DNA from: a virus
Taxonomy: Duplodnaviria; Caudoviricetes
IMG/VR virus record: IMGVR_UViG_3300037424_001593
Location: 12,964-76,963 of that record
Length of the DNA: 64,000 nt
Strand: one strand, 5' to 3'
Part shown: positions 1-8,753 of the stretch, piece by piece
Layout: each line of letters starts with the position of its first letter
Position numbering within the stretch: the stretch's first letter is position 1
Position numbers and translations under genes: made by a program
The notes under the pieces: generated by a model
What the model was told of the DNA's origin: nothing
The model's database searches: none
The model's input: the letters and a program-made list of their open reading frames with translations, nothing else

Positions 1-218
1 ATCGGCGACGCGATCACATGCGTGAGACGTACGGGAAACTTCTCTGCGTTCGAAAACGTCGCGCCGTCGCCGTTATACACGGGCGGCGTCGAAACGTCAG
101 TGTCGAATGTCGAGAAATCGAGGAAGTCGTAGTAGAAGCGCGGCTCGATGAGCACGCCCTTACCGTGGTTCACCGCGGCGAACGCAACGAGCTCTGCAAA
201 CGTTTTGTGCTGCGACAT
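1..218 (-). CDS. Putative minor capsid/jelly-roll-like protein, paralog of 222..1412 (runs off window edge)
   Basis: Manual translation from ATG at 218: MSQHKTFAELVAFAAVNHGKGVLIEPRFYYDF...NAEKFPVRLTHVIA, matching EPR...NGEKYPIIFTHVI of the 396-aa neighbour. Confidence 0.7.
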   Translation of the reverse strand, partial: MSQHKTFAELVAFAAVNHGKGVLIEPRFYYDFLDFSTFDTDVSTPPVYNGDGATFSNAEKFPVRLTHVIASP

Positions 219-221
219 GGA

Positions 222-1412
222 TCAGGCCTCGACAGCGGCGTAACCGCAGAAGGAGATGTAGAAAAACGTATTGAGGTCGTCGTCTTCGCCTATGCCGAGC
301 GGAGCGTTGAGGACACCTTGCTGGAGTTGCACGTCAAACGCTTCACCGGGCGCAAGCGTAAGCGGTCGCGAAAGACGTGACGCAAACGCCGGTGTCATTG
401 TCGGGCTGACGATCGAAAGCGGTGCGCCGTCTCGCCACCAGTAGGCCTGCGTGCCCGCGTTGCGCGTGCGCACCTTGACGGGCGTGGTCATCGAGAGCGG
501 CCCCGCAGTAGCGCGCGACGTCTCGTCGATCGAACGCTCATCGAACGTGATTGCGAGACCACCCAGGTTAGTCGGCACGTTGTAACTTGCCTTCTGCCTC
601 AACATCTCGCGCGGCGAAAGCTGCTGTCCAGGCGGATAATTTTGCGCTTCCGCGCCGCCCGTGTATCCAGCGTAGAACGTGATTGTGGGCGGCAACTCAC
701 CGCCTGAGGTGAGAAACTGCGTGAGCGCGTCTGCATACGGCTGATAGCGCTGCGTTGCCGCTGCCACAGAGAGTTGTGCGATGCTCACTGCCTGCCGTGT
801 GTACGTCATCTGCGGCCAGTTCGCAGGCGTCCCGGGTGCAGTCGGTGTGTACAAGTTGATGTCTGCCGTCGGCGTGGCTGCCGTCGTATCGACAAGCGTT
901 GGTACGCGCGCGCCGAGCTGAATCTCGAGCATTGCATCCGCAGGAAGCACAGGCGGAAGCTCGAAGTCCCAGGCACAGCGATTCACCGTCGGGCGATACC
1001 ACGTCGGGTTTGCTGTAAGAAGCATCGGATTGGTTGCAAACGATGCCGGATCGAGAGGCTCCGCTGCCGGAACAGGCTCGAGCAACATCGGCGCGTAGTG
1101 CTTGCTGTAGCGCGGCCCTCCGGCAGTTGCGATGGAGAGCCCGATACTCGCGCCTGCACGCTGCACGGTCGTCGTGAGCCCACCTTCGGTCACCCACTGC
1201 ATGATTACGTGGGTGAAGATGATGGGATACTTTTCGCCGTTGTAGAGCGTGTTGGGATCAATCGGCGTAGACACGCTATACAGGTTCGAGCTTGTCCGCG
1301 ACAACGTCGCTGACCACAACGCGCGCGGCTCGTAGTAAAACCCCGGCTGCGGCTTGAGGAGCTCGTTCGCGGGCAGGGCGAGCAGGTTTTGCTGTCGTGC
1401 GTTGAGCTTCAT
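222..1412 (-). CDS. Putative capsid-related (large jelly-roll-like) protein, 396 aa
   Basis: Beta-strand-like alternation; C-terminal L.RPLTL.PGE.F.VQL...ISFCGY echoes the L..P..I...E.F.V...L.G ending of the three upstream paralogs. Confidence 0.55.
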   Translation of the reverse strand: MKLNARQQNLLALPANELLKPQPGFYYEPRALWSATLSRTSSNLYSVSTPIDPNTLYNGEKYPIIFTHVIMQWVTEGGLTTTVQRAGASIGLSIATAGGPRYSKHYAPMLLEPVPAAEPLDPASFATNPMLLTANPTWYRPTVNRCAWDFELPPVLPADAMLEIQLGARVPTLVDTTAATPTADINLYTPTAPGTPANWPQMTYTRQAVSIAQLSVAAATQRYQPYADALTQFLTSGGELPPTITFYAGYTGGAEAQNYPPGQQLSPREMLRQKASYNVPTNLGGLAITFDERSIDETSRATAGPLSMTTPVKVRTRNAGTQAYWWRDGAPLSIVSPTMTPAFASRLSRPLTLAPGEAFDVQLQQGVLNAPLGIGEDDDLNTFFYISFCGYAAVEA

Positions 1413-1443
1413 CTCGGAACCTTACCGTAGAGCGGAGAAACAA

Positions 1444-1478
1444 GAAACCCCTCGAACACCGCATGCTCGAGGGGCTTC
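1444..1478 (-). terminator. Intrinsic terminator-like hairpin after the three small capsid paralogs
   Basis: CCCCTCGA/TCGAGGGG stem; minus strand continues TTTCTTGTTTCT. Confidence 0.55.
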
Positions 1479-1514
1479 ATCGGTGCTCGAGCCGAGCTCG
1501 ACCTCACGAAGAGA

Positions 1515-2195
1515 TCAGGCCACCGGACGACGCTTCATGCCGTCGAGCCACCAGCGAAGACGGATCGCCTGATTCAGGTCGATCATCGTGTTGTACGTCT
1601 TGCACTGCAGGTAGAGGTTGCGGTCACTCTCGATGTAGATCGGGAGATTCAGCATCCACTGGTTGTTCGCACTGACGCGACCACCTGTGCCGACGTCGTA
1701 CGCTGAGGCGCTGTCGACGACCTCCGCATACGAGGTGCCGTGGACCACGACGCCGACCGACTGCGGGATCCCGCTGAAGGGCTGGCGAAGCTGGGGCTTG
1801 CTCTGGTTCGCGCCCACGTAGAGCTCGACGACGACGTCGCGCTCGAGCACGAGCAGATTGTGCCGCGAGACCATCGGGATGTCGGCGGGGGAGCCGATGT
1901 CCGCAGCCTGCTCCGGCGCGGCGGTGAGGCCGAACGCTTCGTAGGTGACGCCGTACACGACGAAGGCTTCGTCGTAGTTCGTGCGTGCCTTCGTGAGCCA
2001 GTTCGTATCGTTGTCCGTCGAGTTGCGGGGCGCGAGACCCTGCGACGAGACCGGATTACCCGACACGTACTGGAATGCACGGAGGTTGAGCTTGACGCCC
2101 GCCGCGAACTCCATGACGGAGTACTGGGGGTAGTGCAGCCACTCGTCGAGCTGGATGGTGCTGCCGTCGTAGAGTCGAAGATCGCGGATTGCCAT
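1515..2195 (-). CDS. Putative single jelly-roll major capsid protein paralog 3 (226 aa)
   Basis: Shares LRLYDG..DEW..PQYS, DTN, L..PI.I and C-terminal RLR..LDG.KRRPVA pattern with 2214..2933 and 2956..3699. Confidence 0.6.
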   Translation of the reverse strand: MAIRDLRLYDGSTIQLDEWLHYPQYSVMEFAAGVKLNLRAFQYVSGNPVSSQGLAPRNSTDNDTNWLTKARTNYDEAFVVYGVTYEAFGLTAAPEQAADIGSPADIPMVSRHNLLVLERDVVVELYVGANQSKPQLRQPFSGIPQSVGVVVHGTSYAEVVDSASAYDVGTGGRVSANNQWMLNLPIYIESDRNLYLQCKTYNTMIDLNQAIRLRWWLDGMKRRPVA

Positions 2196-2213
2196 GGTGG
2201 TGTCTTCCTCGAA

Positions 2214-2933
2214 TCAGGCGACGGGGCGCTTGTGATCGCCGAGAAGGTGGATGCGCAAGCGAATGCGCGCGTCTGCCGCAGAAGAGCCAGTGAAGGCCAG
2301 CGCGGAGGGCGAATCGATCGCACCGGTCGGCGCGATGAAGCGCGCCCGGAACGTCTCACCACCCTGGATGAAGAGGGGCGACGCGAGCTGCCGCACGCCC
2401 TTGATGCTCGTCGAGCCGTTGTTGCCGACGATGTAGCCTGCCGCGCCGGAGAATCCGACACCGCCCGCCGTGCCGCTCTCCGCGCCCGAACCGGCTGCGA
2501 AAAACGAGACCGGAACGCGGAGGTATTCCTTCACGCCCGCGATGAGGAAGCTCATGATGAGCGAGTCCTGAATGCGGAGCATGTTGCGCAGACCGACATC
2601 GGGGAAGATCTCGTTGTCCGCACTCGTCATGAGCGGCGCCTCGCTCGGCGTGCCCACATTGATGCTGTAGAACTCGATGCGGATCGCTCGGATGAGCATC
2701 GCTTCGTTTTCCGGCAGCTGTCCACCCTGACCCTGCAGGTTGGTGTCGGCGTACGTCGCGTTGCGCTGCGCCGCGCCCGGGATGGCCTGGTTCAGGCCGT
2801 AGGAGAAGGCGTCGAGCGTCGTGAACGAGCCCGTGCCGAGCTCCACGGTCGAGTAGAGACCCTCCGCCGTGGTCCAGTCGGCCGGCGTCATCACGCGGCC
2901 ATCTGGATATCGAATCTTGAGTAGCTGACCCAT
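2214..2933 (-). CDS. Putative single jelly-roll major capsid protein paralog 2 (start at MGQLLKIRYPDG)
   Basis: RYPDG..DW..GLYS, DTN...GQLP.NE..LI, ends RLRIHLLGDHKRPVA. Confidence 0.6.
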   Translation of the reverse strand: MGQLLKIRYPDGRVMTPADWTTAEGLYSTVELGTGSFTTLDAFSYGLNQAIPGAAQRNATYADTNLQGQGGQLPENEAMLIRAIRIEFYSINVGTPSEAPLMTSADNEIFPDVGLRNMLRIQDSLIMSFLIAGVKEYLRVPVSFFAAGSGAESGTAGGVGFSGAAGYIVGNNGSTSIKGVRQLASPLFIQGGETFRARFIAPTGAIDSPSALAFTGSSAADARIRLRIHLLGDHKRPVA

Positions 2934-2955
2934 GGTTCGCTTCTTCCCTTCCCGA

Positions 2956-3699
2956 TCAGCTGACGGGCTTCTTGTAGAGGCCTTCGAGGCACACACGCAC
3001 TCGATAGAGGCGCTGCGCGTTCGCGGCCGGAGAACCCACAGCGTTTGCGGTGAGACCGATGTTCAGGGCCTCGCTCGTGGGATTACGGACCTGGATTTCG
3101 AACTTCTCCTGGCCGCCGATGTGGATCGGGACCGTGAGACAGCGCGAAGCCTCCGCCGAAGGGATGCCGCTCGCGCCCGTCGGGATCGCCGACTGCGCTG
3201 CGACCGTACCGGCTGCGCCGGCCTGAGAGAACACACCGAAGCCGGTCGGCCAGTAGGCGAACGGTGCACGGTGCTTGAGCTTCTGGCTGATCAGGATCTC
3301 GAACACGGTGGAGCGGAACAGACGTCCGAGCTGCCACGGTGAGGGGAGCGGATCGAAGGCCAGCGTCTCGACAGCGGTCGTCGCGTTGCCGGCCGAGCTC
3401 ATCACGAGCGCTGCGAACTCGGGCTTGACGGAGTAGATCAGGAACTCCTCCGTCGAGCTGAGGCCGTTCGGCGTCGAGATGTTCGTGTCGGCTTCGGTCG
3501 CCGTGCGCTTCGTCGTGATGTTCTGGGTCGAAGAGACCTGATCGCTCACGACGTAGTTGAAGAGTGGGATGATCTCGTCCGTCGCGCCATTCATGATGTC
3601 GCAGGTCGAGTACAGCGGCTGGTCGGTCCAGTCCACGAACGCGACTTGCTGGCCGTCAGGAAGGCGGAGCGTCGTGATCTGGTTGATGGGTGAGAACAT
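2956..3699 (-). CDS. Putative single jelly-roll major capsid protein paralog 1 (247 aa)
   Basis: RLPDG..DW..PLYS, DTN..EEFLI, ends RVRVCLEGLYKKPVS. Confidence 0.6.
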   Translation of the reverse strand: MFSPINQITTLRLPDGQQVAFVDWTDQPLYSTCDIMNGATDEIIPLFNYVVSDQVSSTQNITTKRTATEADTNISTPNGLSSTEEFLIYSVKPEFAALVMSSAGNATTAVETLAFDPLPSPWQLGRLFRSTVFEILISQKLKHRAPFAYWPTGFGVFSQAGAAGTVAAQSAIPTGASGIPSAEASRCLTVPIHIGGQEKFEIQVRNPTSEALNIGLTANAVGSPAANAQRLYRVRVCLEGLYKKPVS

Positions 3700-3719
3700 G
3701 GTGTGCGTTCGCCTTTCGA

Positions 3720-4346
3720 TCAGACGCGGAAGCCCGGCGTACCGAAAGCCTTCATGTTGAGCCCAGCGTCACCGAGACCCTGGAGCTGGATGTTGGTCCC
3801 GTAGTCCCCGCTGAGACCGCGCATGCCCGCGATGGAATCAGGGCGGTGACCCTGCGGCCAGTTCTCGAGCACCGTGGCACCGAGGCCGTTCATCTGCGGC
3901 ATGACCATCCCCATGCCGGACGCGCTGCCGTACTCAGGGACGATCGCGCCGAAGCCCGCCGTGCCCGTCGCAGCCGGGGCGATGGCGAGCGTGCCCTCGC
4001 GGACGTACGCGCCAGCACCTGCGAGCAGGGCCGTGGTCGTCGCAGCGATGGCTGCGCGGTGACCCTGCTTGAGGCCGTACGCCATGCTCGCACCGAGGAG
4101 CGCGCCCGCGGCCATGCCGATCGCGGGGGCGTGTCGGTTGAGCATCGCGCCGGTCTGCGTGCCGGGCGAGAGCTTGGGCACGACGAAGCGGCGCACGAGC
4201 CAGATGGCTCCTACGGCCGTTCCACCGCCGACGAGGATCGGAAGCGCCGTGCCCACGACCGTGTTGGAGTCGAAGAGGCCGTTGACGCCCCGACGAACCT
4301 CGATGATGTTTCCGAATCCGCGCCGTGAGCGCTTACGCTTTGCCAT
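3720..4346 (-). CDS. Virion membrane protein with basic N-terminus and several xG[LFM]G motifs
   Basis: MAKRKRSRRGFG; about three hydrophobic helices; MNGLG, LQGLG; preceded by late motif. Confidence 0.7.
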   Translation of the reverse strand: MAKRKRSRRGFGNIIEVRRGVNGLFDSNTVVGTALPILVGGGTAVGAIWLVRRFVVPKLSPGTQTGAMLNRHAPAIGMAAGALLGASMAYGLKQGHRAAIAATTTALLAGAGAYVREGTLAIAPAATGTAGFGAIVPEYGSASGMGMVMPQMNGLGATVLENWPQGHRPDSIAGMRGLSGDYGTNIQLQGLGDAGLNMKAFGTPGFRV

Positions 4347-4365
4347 GGTGTGGTGGTTCCTTTTT

Positions 4366-4376
4366 TCTTATACCCC
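4366..4376 (-). promoter_or_regulatory. Putative late promoter GGGGTATAAGA
   Basis: One of seven GNGGKATAAGA copies; 19 nt upstream of ATG 4346. Confidence 0.7.
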
Positions 4377-4409
4377 GAAGGTGTTTGAAGACCTTTGCGA
4401 GGCGAGGGA

Positions 4410-4676
4410 TCAGCGCTTGCGAGCCTTCTTCGCCGTCTTCTTGGCGCCGAAGAGCTTGATGGCATTGCGCTGGCCCTTCTTCGTCGAGAAGCAGCGCTTC
4501 TTGCCGCTCTTGAACTTCACGCAGTACTTCTTCGCGGCCTTGGTCGCCTTGCGCGCCTTCTTGGCGGGCTTGCGCTTCGTGCGCTTGCGACGACCCGCGA
4601 GACCCGCGAGAGAGTTGATGGAACGCCCCGCGGGGTCACCCGAAGCGCGCACTGCGGTGCATCCACAATCTGCCAT
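4410..4676 (-). CDS. Lys/Arg-rich histone-like putative core protein
   Basis: LAGLAG followed by RRKRTKRKPAKKARKATKAAKK. Confidence 0.65.
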   Translation of the reverse strand: MADCGCTAVRASGDPAGRSINSLAGLAGRRKRTKRKPAKKARKATKAAKKYCVKFKSGKKRCFSTKKGQRNAIKLFGAKKTAKKARKR

Positions 4677-4678
4677 GA

Positions 4679-5050
4679 TCATCCTCGTTTCCACACGAAG
4701 TATGCGCCTACCCCGATCAAGGCAACCGTGCCGAGAGCGAGGAGCACAACGTTCTTTGTCTGTTGGCTCTGCAGGTGCGCGTATCGCGCCCAGAGATCTG
4801 CGTAACTGCGCTGCGCGCCAACGAGCTCCGAAGCAACGAACCCTGGGTCGTTCTCGAAGTTGTCCACACGCGTGCCGAAGAGCTCGATGTCCTCGAGCAA
4901 GCGCGACACCTCGGGCGAGCTCGAGCGTGATGCGAGCTCCTGCGCGAGCAGGTGCAGTCGCGTCGTCTCGCTTGAGAGCGCGCTGATGTCGTTCGCGAGA
5001 TCATCCGCCGCAGAGCCGAAGCCTCGCCCAGGGAAGTACGGAACGATCAT
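4679..5050 (-). CDS. Small virion protein with C-terminal TM anchor (start MIVPYFPGRGFG)
   Basis: Helical body; ends LLALGTVALIGVGAYFVWKRG. Confidence 0.7.
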   Translation of the reverse strand: MIVPYFPGRGFGSAADDLANDISALSSETTRLHLLAQELASRSSSPEVSRLLEDIELFGTRVDNFENDPGFVASELVGAQRSYADLWARYAHLQSQQTKNVVLLALGTVALIGVGAYFVWKRG

Positions 5051-5889
5051 CCGCGCCCCCGCTTCGTCCAGCGCTTGAACACCCAGACGCCGAAGATCCC
5101 AGCAACCACGGTCGATCCGAGGATAAGCGGCACGCGATACGGCGAAGGCCGATGCACGGGCGCTGTCACGTCGATCGCTTCGCCCTGAATCACATCCTGA
5201 GGCGCCGCGGTGCTCGAGCCCGGCACCGTGACCGGATACCCGTTCGGCACCTGACTCGCGGCTTGGAGCGCGAGGAAGAACGCGTTGCTCACGCTCGTAC
5301 CTGTCGCCGTAGGCGCAGGACCCGTCGTGGTCGTCGTAGTTGTGGCTGTTGCGACGCTGTTTGTGCGCGAGCTCGTGTCTTCGACGCCCACGCTCTGCGC
5401 GTAGGAGTCGATGTTCCAGAGCGCTTCGCCGTACGTGGTGCCTTGCGCAGCGGCGAGAACACGCTGCCGCGCGCGCGCAGCCCAATCTGTGGGTGCGCCC
5501 GCGCTCACGCAGTTGACCTGTCCGCGCAGCGCCGTGATGTTGTTCGCGACCTTCGCAGGCGTGTCGTTCATCGCTGCGTTTGCGACCGTGAGCAGATCCT
5601 TACGACAACTGCTCGCGCTCGGCGTCGTGCCTGAGAGCCAGAGCATGTAGAACGCGGCGTTGGCGGACTTGCGCCCCCACACACCGTCTGCGCTGAGCAG
5701 CGGCGGCGGCACAGGCCCGTTCAACTGGATCACACGTGCAACGAAATCCGGAAGCGCGTTGTTGTACGCGCCCTGAAACGACGCAATGAGCGCCTTCTGC
5801 ACATGCGCAGGCGCACGATCACCCATGCCCAGCACGGCTGCCCATGCGGACTCAGTGAGCGTGAACACCTGCGATTGCGAGAACGACAT
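5047..5889 (-). CDS. C-terminally anchored virion protein with possible peptidoglycan-binding motif
   Basis: LSADGVWGRKSANA resembles the L..DG..G..T..A PG-binding signature; Thr-rich linker; TM plus KRWTKRGRG. Confidence 0.6.
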   Translation of the reverse strand: MSFSQSQVFTLTESAWAAVLGMGDRAPAHVQKALIASFQGAYNNALPDFVARVIQLNGPVPPPLLSADGVWGRKSANAAFYMLWLSGTTPSASSCRKDLLTVANAAMNDTPAKVANNITALRGQVNCVSAGAPTDWAARARQRVLAAAQGTTYGEALWNIDSYAQSVGVEDTSSRTNSVATATTTTTTTGPAPTATGTSVSNAFFLALQAASQVPNGYPVTVPGSSTAAPQDVIQGEAIDVTAPVHRPSPYRVPLILGSTVVAGIFGVWVFKRWTKRGRG

Positions 5890-6062
5890 CAGCTCTTCTT
5901 ACGGCGCTTCTTGGGGGGCTTCGAGACCGACGTAATGCGGCCCTTGCTGTCGCGGCACACCTTACGGCGCACCGTGCCGATCTTCTGGACCTTGCACTTG
6001 ACCGTCTTGCCGACGCGGGCCTTACGCTTGGTCGCCTTCTTGCGCTTCTTCTTGGTAGCCAT
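5889..6062 (-). CDS. 57-aa very basic protein (not in ORF track)
   Basis: MATKKKRKKATKRKARVGKTVKCKVQKIGTVRRKVCRDSKGRITSVSKPPKKRRKKS; stop overlaps start of next gene. Confidence 0.65.
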   Translation of the reverse strand: MATKKKRKKATKRKARVGKTVKCKVQKIGTVRRKVCRDSKGRITSVSKPPKKRRKKS

Positions 6063-6092
6063 GGTGTCCTTACATTTCCTTGACCCCGAGGG

Positions 6093-6452
6093 TCACTTGG
6101 GGCAGACGGGGCGACCCTTGTGGATGCGGCAGCCCTTCTTGAGAGCCTTCGCAAACGAGACGCGCTTCATGCCCTTCGGCACGCTGCGTGTCGGAAGACC
6201 TGCACCGGTTGCACCGGCCTCGGCTGCCTTTTTCGAGCAGACGTAGACGTTCTTCTCGCCCTTGACGCGCTTGCAGCCCTTGCGGAGCTTGCTGCCGACC
6301 TTCGCGATCGACTTGTGCACGCAGACCTGACCCTTGCGGGGCTTGCACTTCGCTTCGCGCTCGAGACGCTTGCTGGTCTGAATCCGCGCGTAGTACGGAT
6401 CGACGTCGATGTCGCCCATCCCTCGCCTGCGTCGCCGTGTTCGCTTTGCCAT
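6093..6452 (-). CDS. Basic Cys-containing putative core protein
   Basis: MAKRTRRRRRGMGD; internal repeat KLRKGCK/KALKKGCR; late motif upstream. Confidence 0.65.
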   Translation of the reverse strand: MAKRTRRRRRGMGDIDVDPYYARIQTSKRLEREAKCKPRKGQVCVHKSIAKVGSKLRKGCKRVKGEKNVYVCSKKAAEAGATGAGLPTRSVPKGMKRVSFAKALKKGCRIHKGRPVCPK

Positions 6453-6489
6453 CGTGAGCACCTGTGGTCGGTGTTGAACCGTTCTTTTT

Positions 6490-6500
6490 TCTTATACCCC
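6490..6500 (-). promoter_or_regulatory. Putative late promoter GGGGTATAAGA
   Basis: Exact motif copy 37 nt upstream of ATG 6452. Confidence 0.7.
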
Positions 6501-6507
6501 GGCCGGG

Positions 6508-8721
6508 TCAGCGTGTTCGCTTGGCGAACAGCGCAAGGCCGCCCGCGAGCAGCAGACCGCCGCCGATGAACATCCAGGGGATCGAGCTCGATCCAGGCAC
6601 CACACTCGGCATGGTCGCCGCCTGCGCGATCGCGTTCTGCAGATCGAGCGGCGTCGGCATCGGCGTAGGCGTGCTACCGCTCGCCGTAGGCATCGACGAG
6701 CTCGTTGAAGTCGTCGCAGCATCCCCGCTCGAGGTGATGATGGGCAGCGAGCTCGGGCTCGACGCAAGTGCATTCTGATTGAGCGCCACCGCCGTGATCA
6801 CAGGATTCGCAACGACACTGCCATCCGCCGCAGGCGCGAGATTCGGCTGCACCGTCACCGTAGTAACGGCTTGCTGCCCACCCATCGCGAGCTCACCTGT
6901 GATGTGTGAGAGCGCCGTGATGAGCGCGGCTGGAAGCGAGCCTCCGCGGTCGAACGTCGCACACGGCACGTCGCTCAGCGTGCGCAGCACGAGCGGCTGC
7001 ATCACATCCGCTTTGTTGCCTGCCTTCTTCTTGCGGCGCATGGCAACAAGCGACGTGATGCCTGTTGCAAGCGTCGTTGCCGCAAGCGTGACACCGAGTG
7101 CGATCGGGTTACTGCTCGCGACCGCAGTCACTGCGCCGCCCACCTGCAGAATCGTCTGCTGTGCAGCCTGCGCTTTCGCATCTACCTGCGCCTGAGCAGC
7201 ACCGACCTGATACTCTTTCGCCTCGTCGATACTGAGGTCGATCAAACCGCGTTCGGCCCAGTATGTGACGTGATTGCTGATGTACCAGAGCGTCGCGTTG
7301 ATCGTGTGGTCCGCGAGACTCGTCTCGAGGATGGAACGAATCCAGCCCTCTGCCATACGGGCTGCGCCGTAGATGGACGTGTACGTGTACCACTCGTAGT
7401 CGTCCTCGCGGACAACGCGCGCTTCCCAACGACGCCACACGAACGTCGTATCTTCGGGATTACTGTGCAGGCACTGTTGATACCAAAAATGCCACGCACC
7501 CGAACGCAAATCGTTTTTGATTTGCGTCGTTGTACGGTCGGTCGGCATCAAGTTCTGTGGGCGAACACGATCAGACTCATTGCCCAGCATGTCGTTTGCG
7601 GTCCGCGAATCGTATTGCGGCGCGAAGTCACCCGTGAGCCAGCCCGTCGGCCCATCTGCGTCGTAGAAACCCATCCACAGAGGGCCCACAAAGAGCTTCG
7701 TGACCGTGCGGTCGATGTGCTTGAGCCACGGATCCTTGGCGACTTCCTTGTCACCGTAGTCCACGGGTTGCGGCGCGCCGCGGAGCTCGTTGAGCACGCT
7801 CTGCATGAGCGGCGGGAGCGCGCGATCCGGCAGCAGCACACCCGGCTTGCCGTCCGCATCCGTCATCGTCGTCGTCGGGTTCGCGGGCAGCAAAAACTGC
7901 GGCTGCACATTCGTCGCGAAGTACGCGAGCGAGACCCAGCTATAGACGATCGTGAACCAGTCGGCGGTGAGCCGCGATGCGTACTCGCGCTCGACGCTGC
8001 CCATCGGCATCGAGAGCCCGCTGTACGCTGGCTTGACGACGAGAAGTTGCGCGAGCGCTTGCTGAGCTCGAGCGTAGATGTCCGCGCGGATGCCGACACG
8101 CGCCGTGTTCTCTGCACTGCACGGAAGAAGCGCCGACGGATACTGGATCATCGCCCAGGTCTGGATGTCGGCCTTGAACTGCTGTGCCCCGTCAGGGAAA
8201 AGCTGAGGCTTGACGAGCGTCGCGACGGTGTCGTTGAAGCTCGCCGTGTACGCATCGACGACACCGCGCGCCTGCACCGTCTGCGCGTCGTACGTGATCT
8301 TCGTCACGTCGCGCGTTTCGGTGGGCGCCACGATCGTCGTCATGAGCTGGTTCGCGTTCGAGATGTTCTGTTGCGCCTGTGCGCTGAACTTCGCCGCGAG
8401 ATCTGCATCGCCGCTCTTCTGCGCACTCGCAGCAAACGCTGCCGCCGCAGCAGCAATCTTCACCTGCTCTTCAGCCTTCTGCTGAATCAACGCTGCTGTA
8501 GGCGAGCCTGTTTGCGCAGTCGCTACGACCTGCGCACGCGGCGCGCTGTACGTGTTCATCGCCGTACCCGCAGCAATCGCCGCTTGCTGTTGTGCAATCG
8601 CTTCTTGCCGCGCCGCTTCTGCAGTCTTCTTCGCTGCCTCTTTCTTGCGCCGATCGCGCGGAAGACCGAGACCCGCACCAAGCCCGTTCGCACCCTTTGG
8701 TGGAACGATGCGCGCTTGCAC
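6508..8721 (-). CDS. Large membrane-anchored virion protein (about 737 aa; probable GTG start at 8721)
   Basis: N-terminal ANGLGAGLG, Ala/Gln helical region, internal hydrophobic hairpin, C-terminal TM plus KRTR; ORF-track extension to 9240 overlaps another gene. Confidence 0.65.
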   Translation of the reverse strand: MQARIVPPKGANGLGAGLGLPRDRRKKEAAKKTAEAARQEAIAQQQAAIAAGTAMNTYSAPRAQVVATAQTGSPTAALIQQKAEEQVKIAAAAAAFAASAQKSGDADLAAKFSAQAQQNISNANQLMTTIVAPTETRDVTKITYDAQTVQARGVVDAYTASFNDTVATLVKPQLFPDGAQQFKADIQTWAMIQYPSALLPCSAENTARVGIRADIYARAQQALAQLLVVKPAYSGLSMPMGSVEREYASRLTADWFTIVYSWVSLAYFATNVQPQFLLPANPTTTMTDADGKPGVLLPDRALPPLMQSVLNELRGAPQPVDYGDKEVAKDPWLKHIDRTVTKLFVGPLWMGFYDADGPTGWLTGDFAPQYDSRTANDMLGNESDRVRPQNLMPTDRTTTQIKNDLRSGAWHFWYQQCLHSNPEDTTFVWRRWEARVVREDDYEWYTYTSIYGAARMAEGWIRSILETSLADHTINATLWYISNHVTYWAERGLIDLSIDEAKEYQVGAAQAQVDAKAQAAQQTILQVGGAVTAVASSNPIALGVTLAATTLATGITSLVAMRRKKKAGNKADVMQPLVLRTLSDVPCATFDRGGSLPAALITALSHITGELAMGGQQAVTTVTVQPNLAPAADGSVVANPVITAVALNQNALASSPSSLPIITSSGDAATTSTSSSMPTASGSTPTPMPTPLDLQNAIAQAATMPSVVPGSSSIPWMFIGGGLLLAGGLALFAKRTR

Positions 8722-8753
8722 AAGGTGCGGCTGTGTTCCGCTGCGGAAGATCC

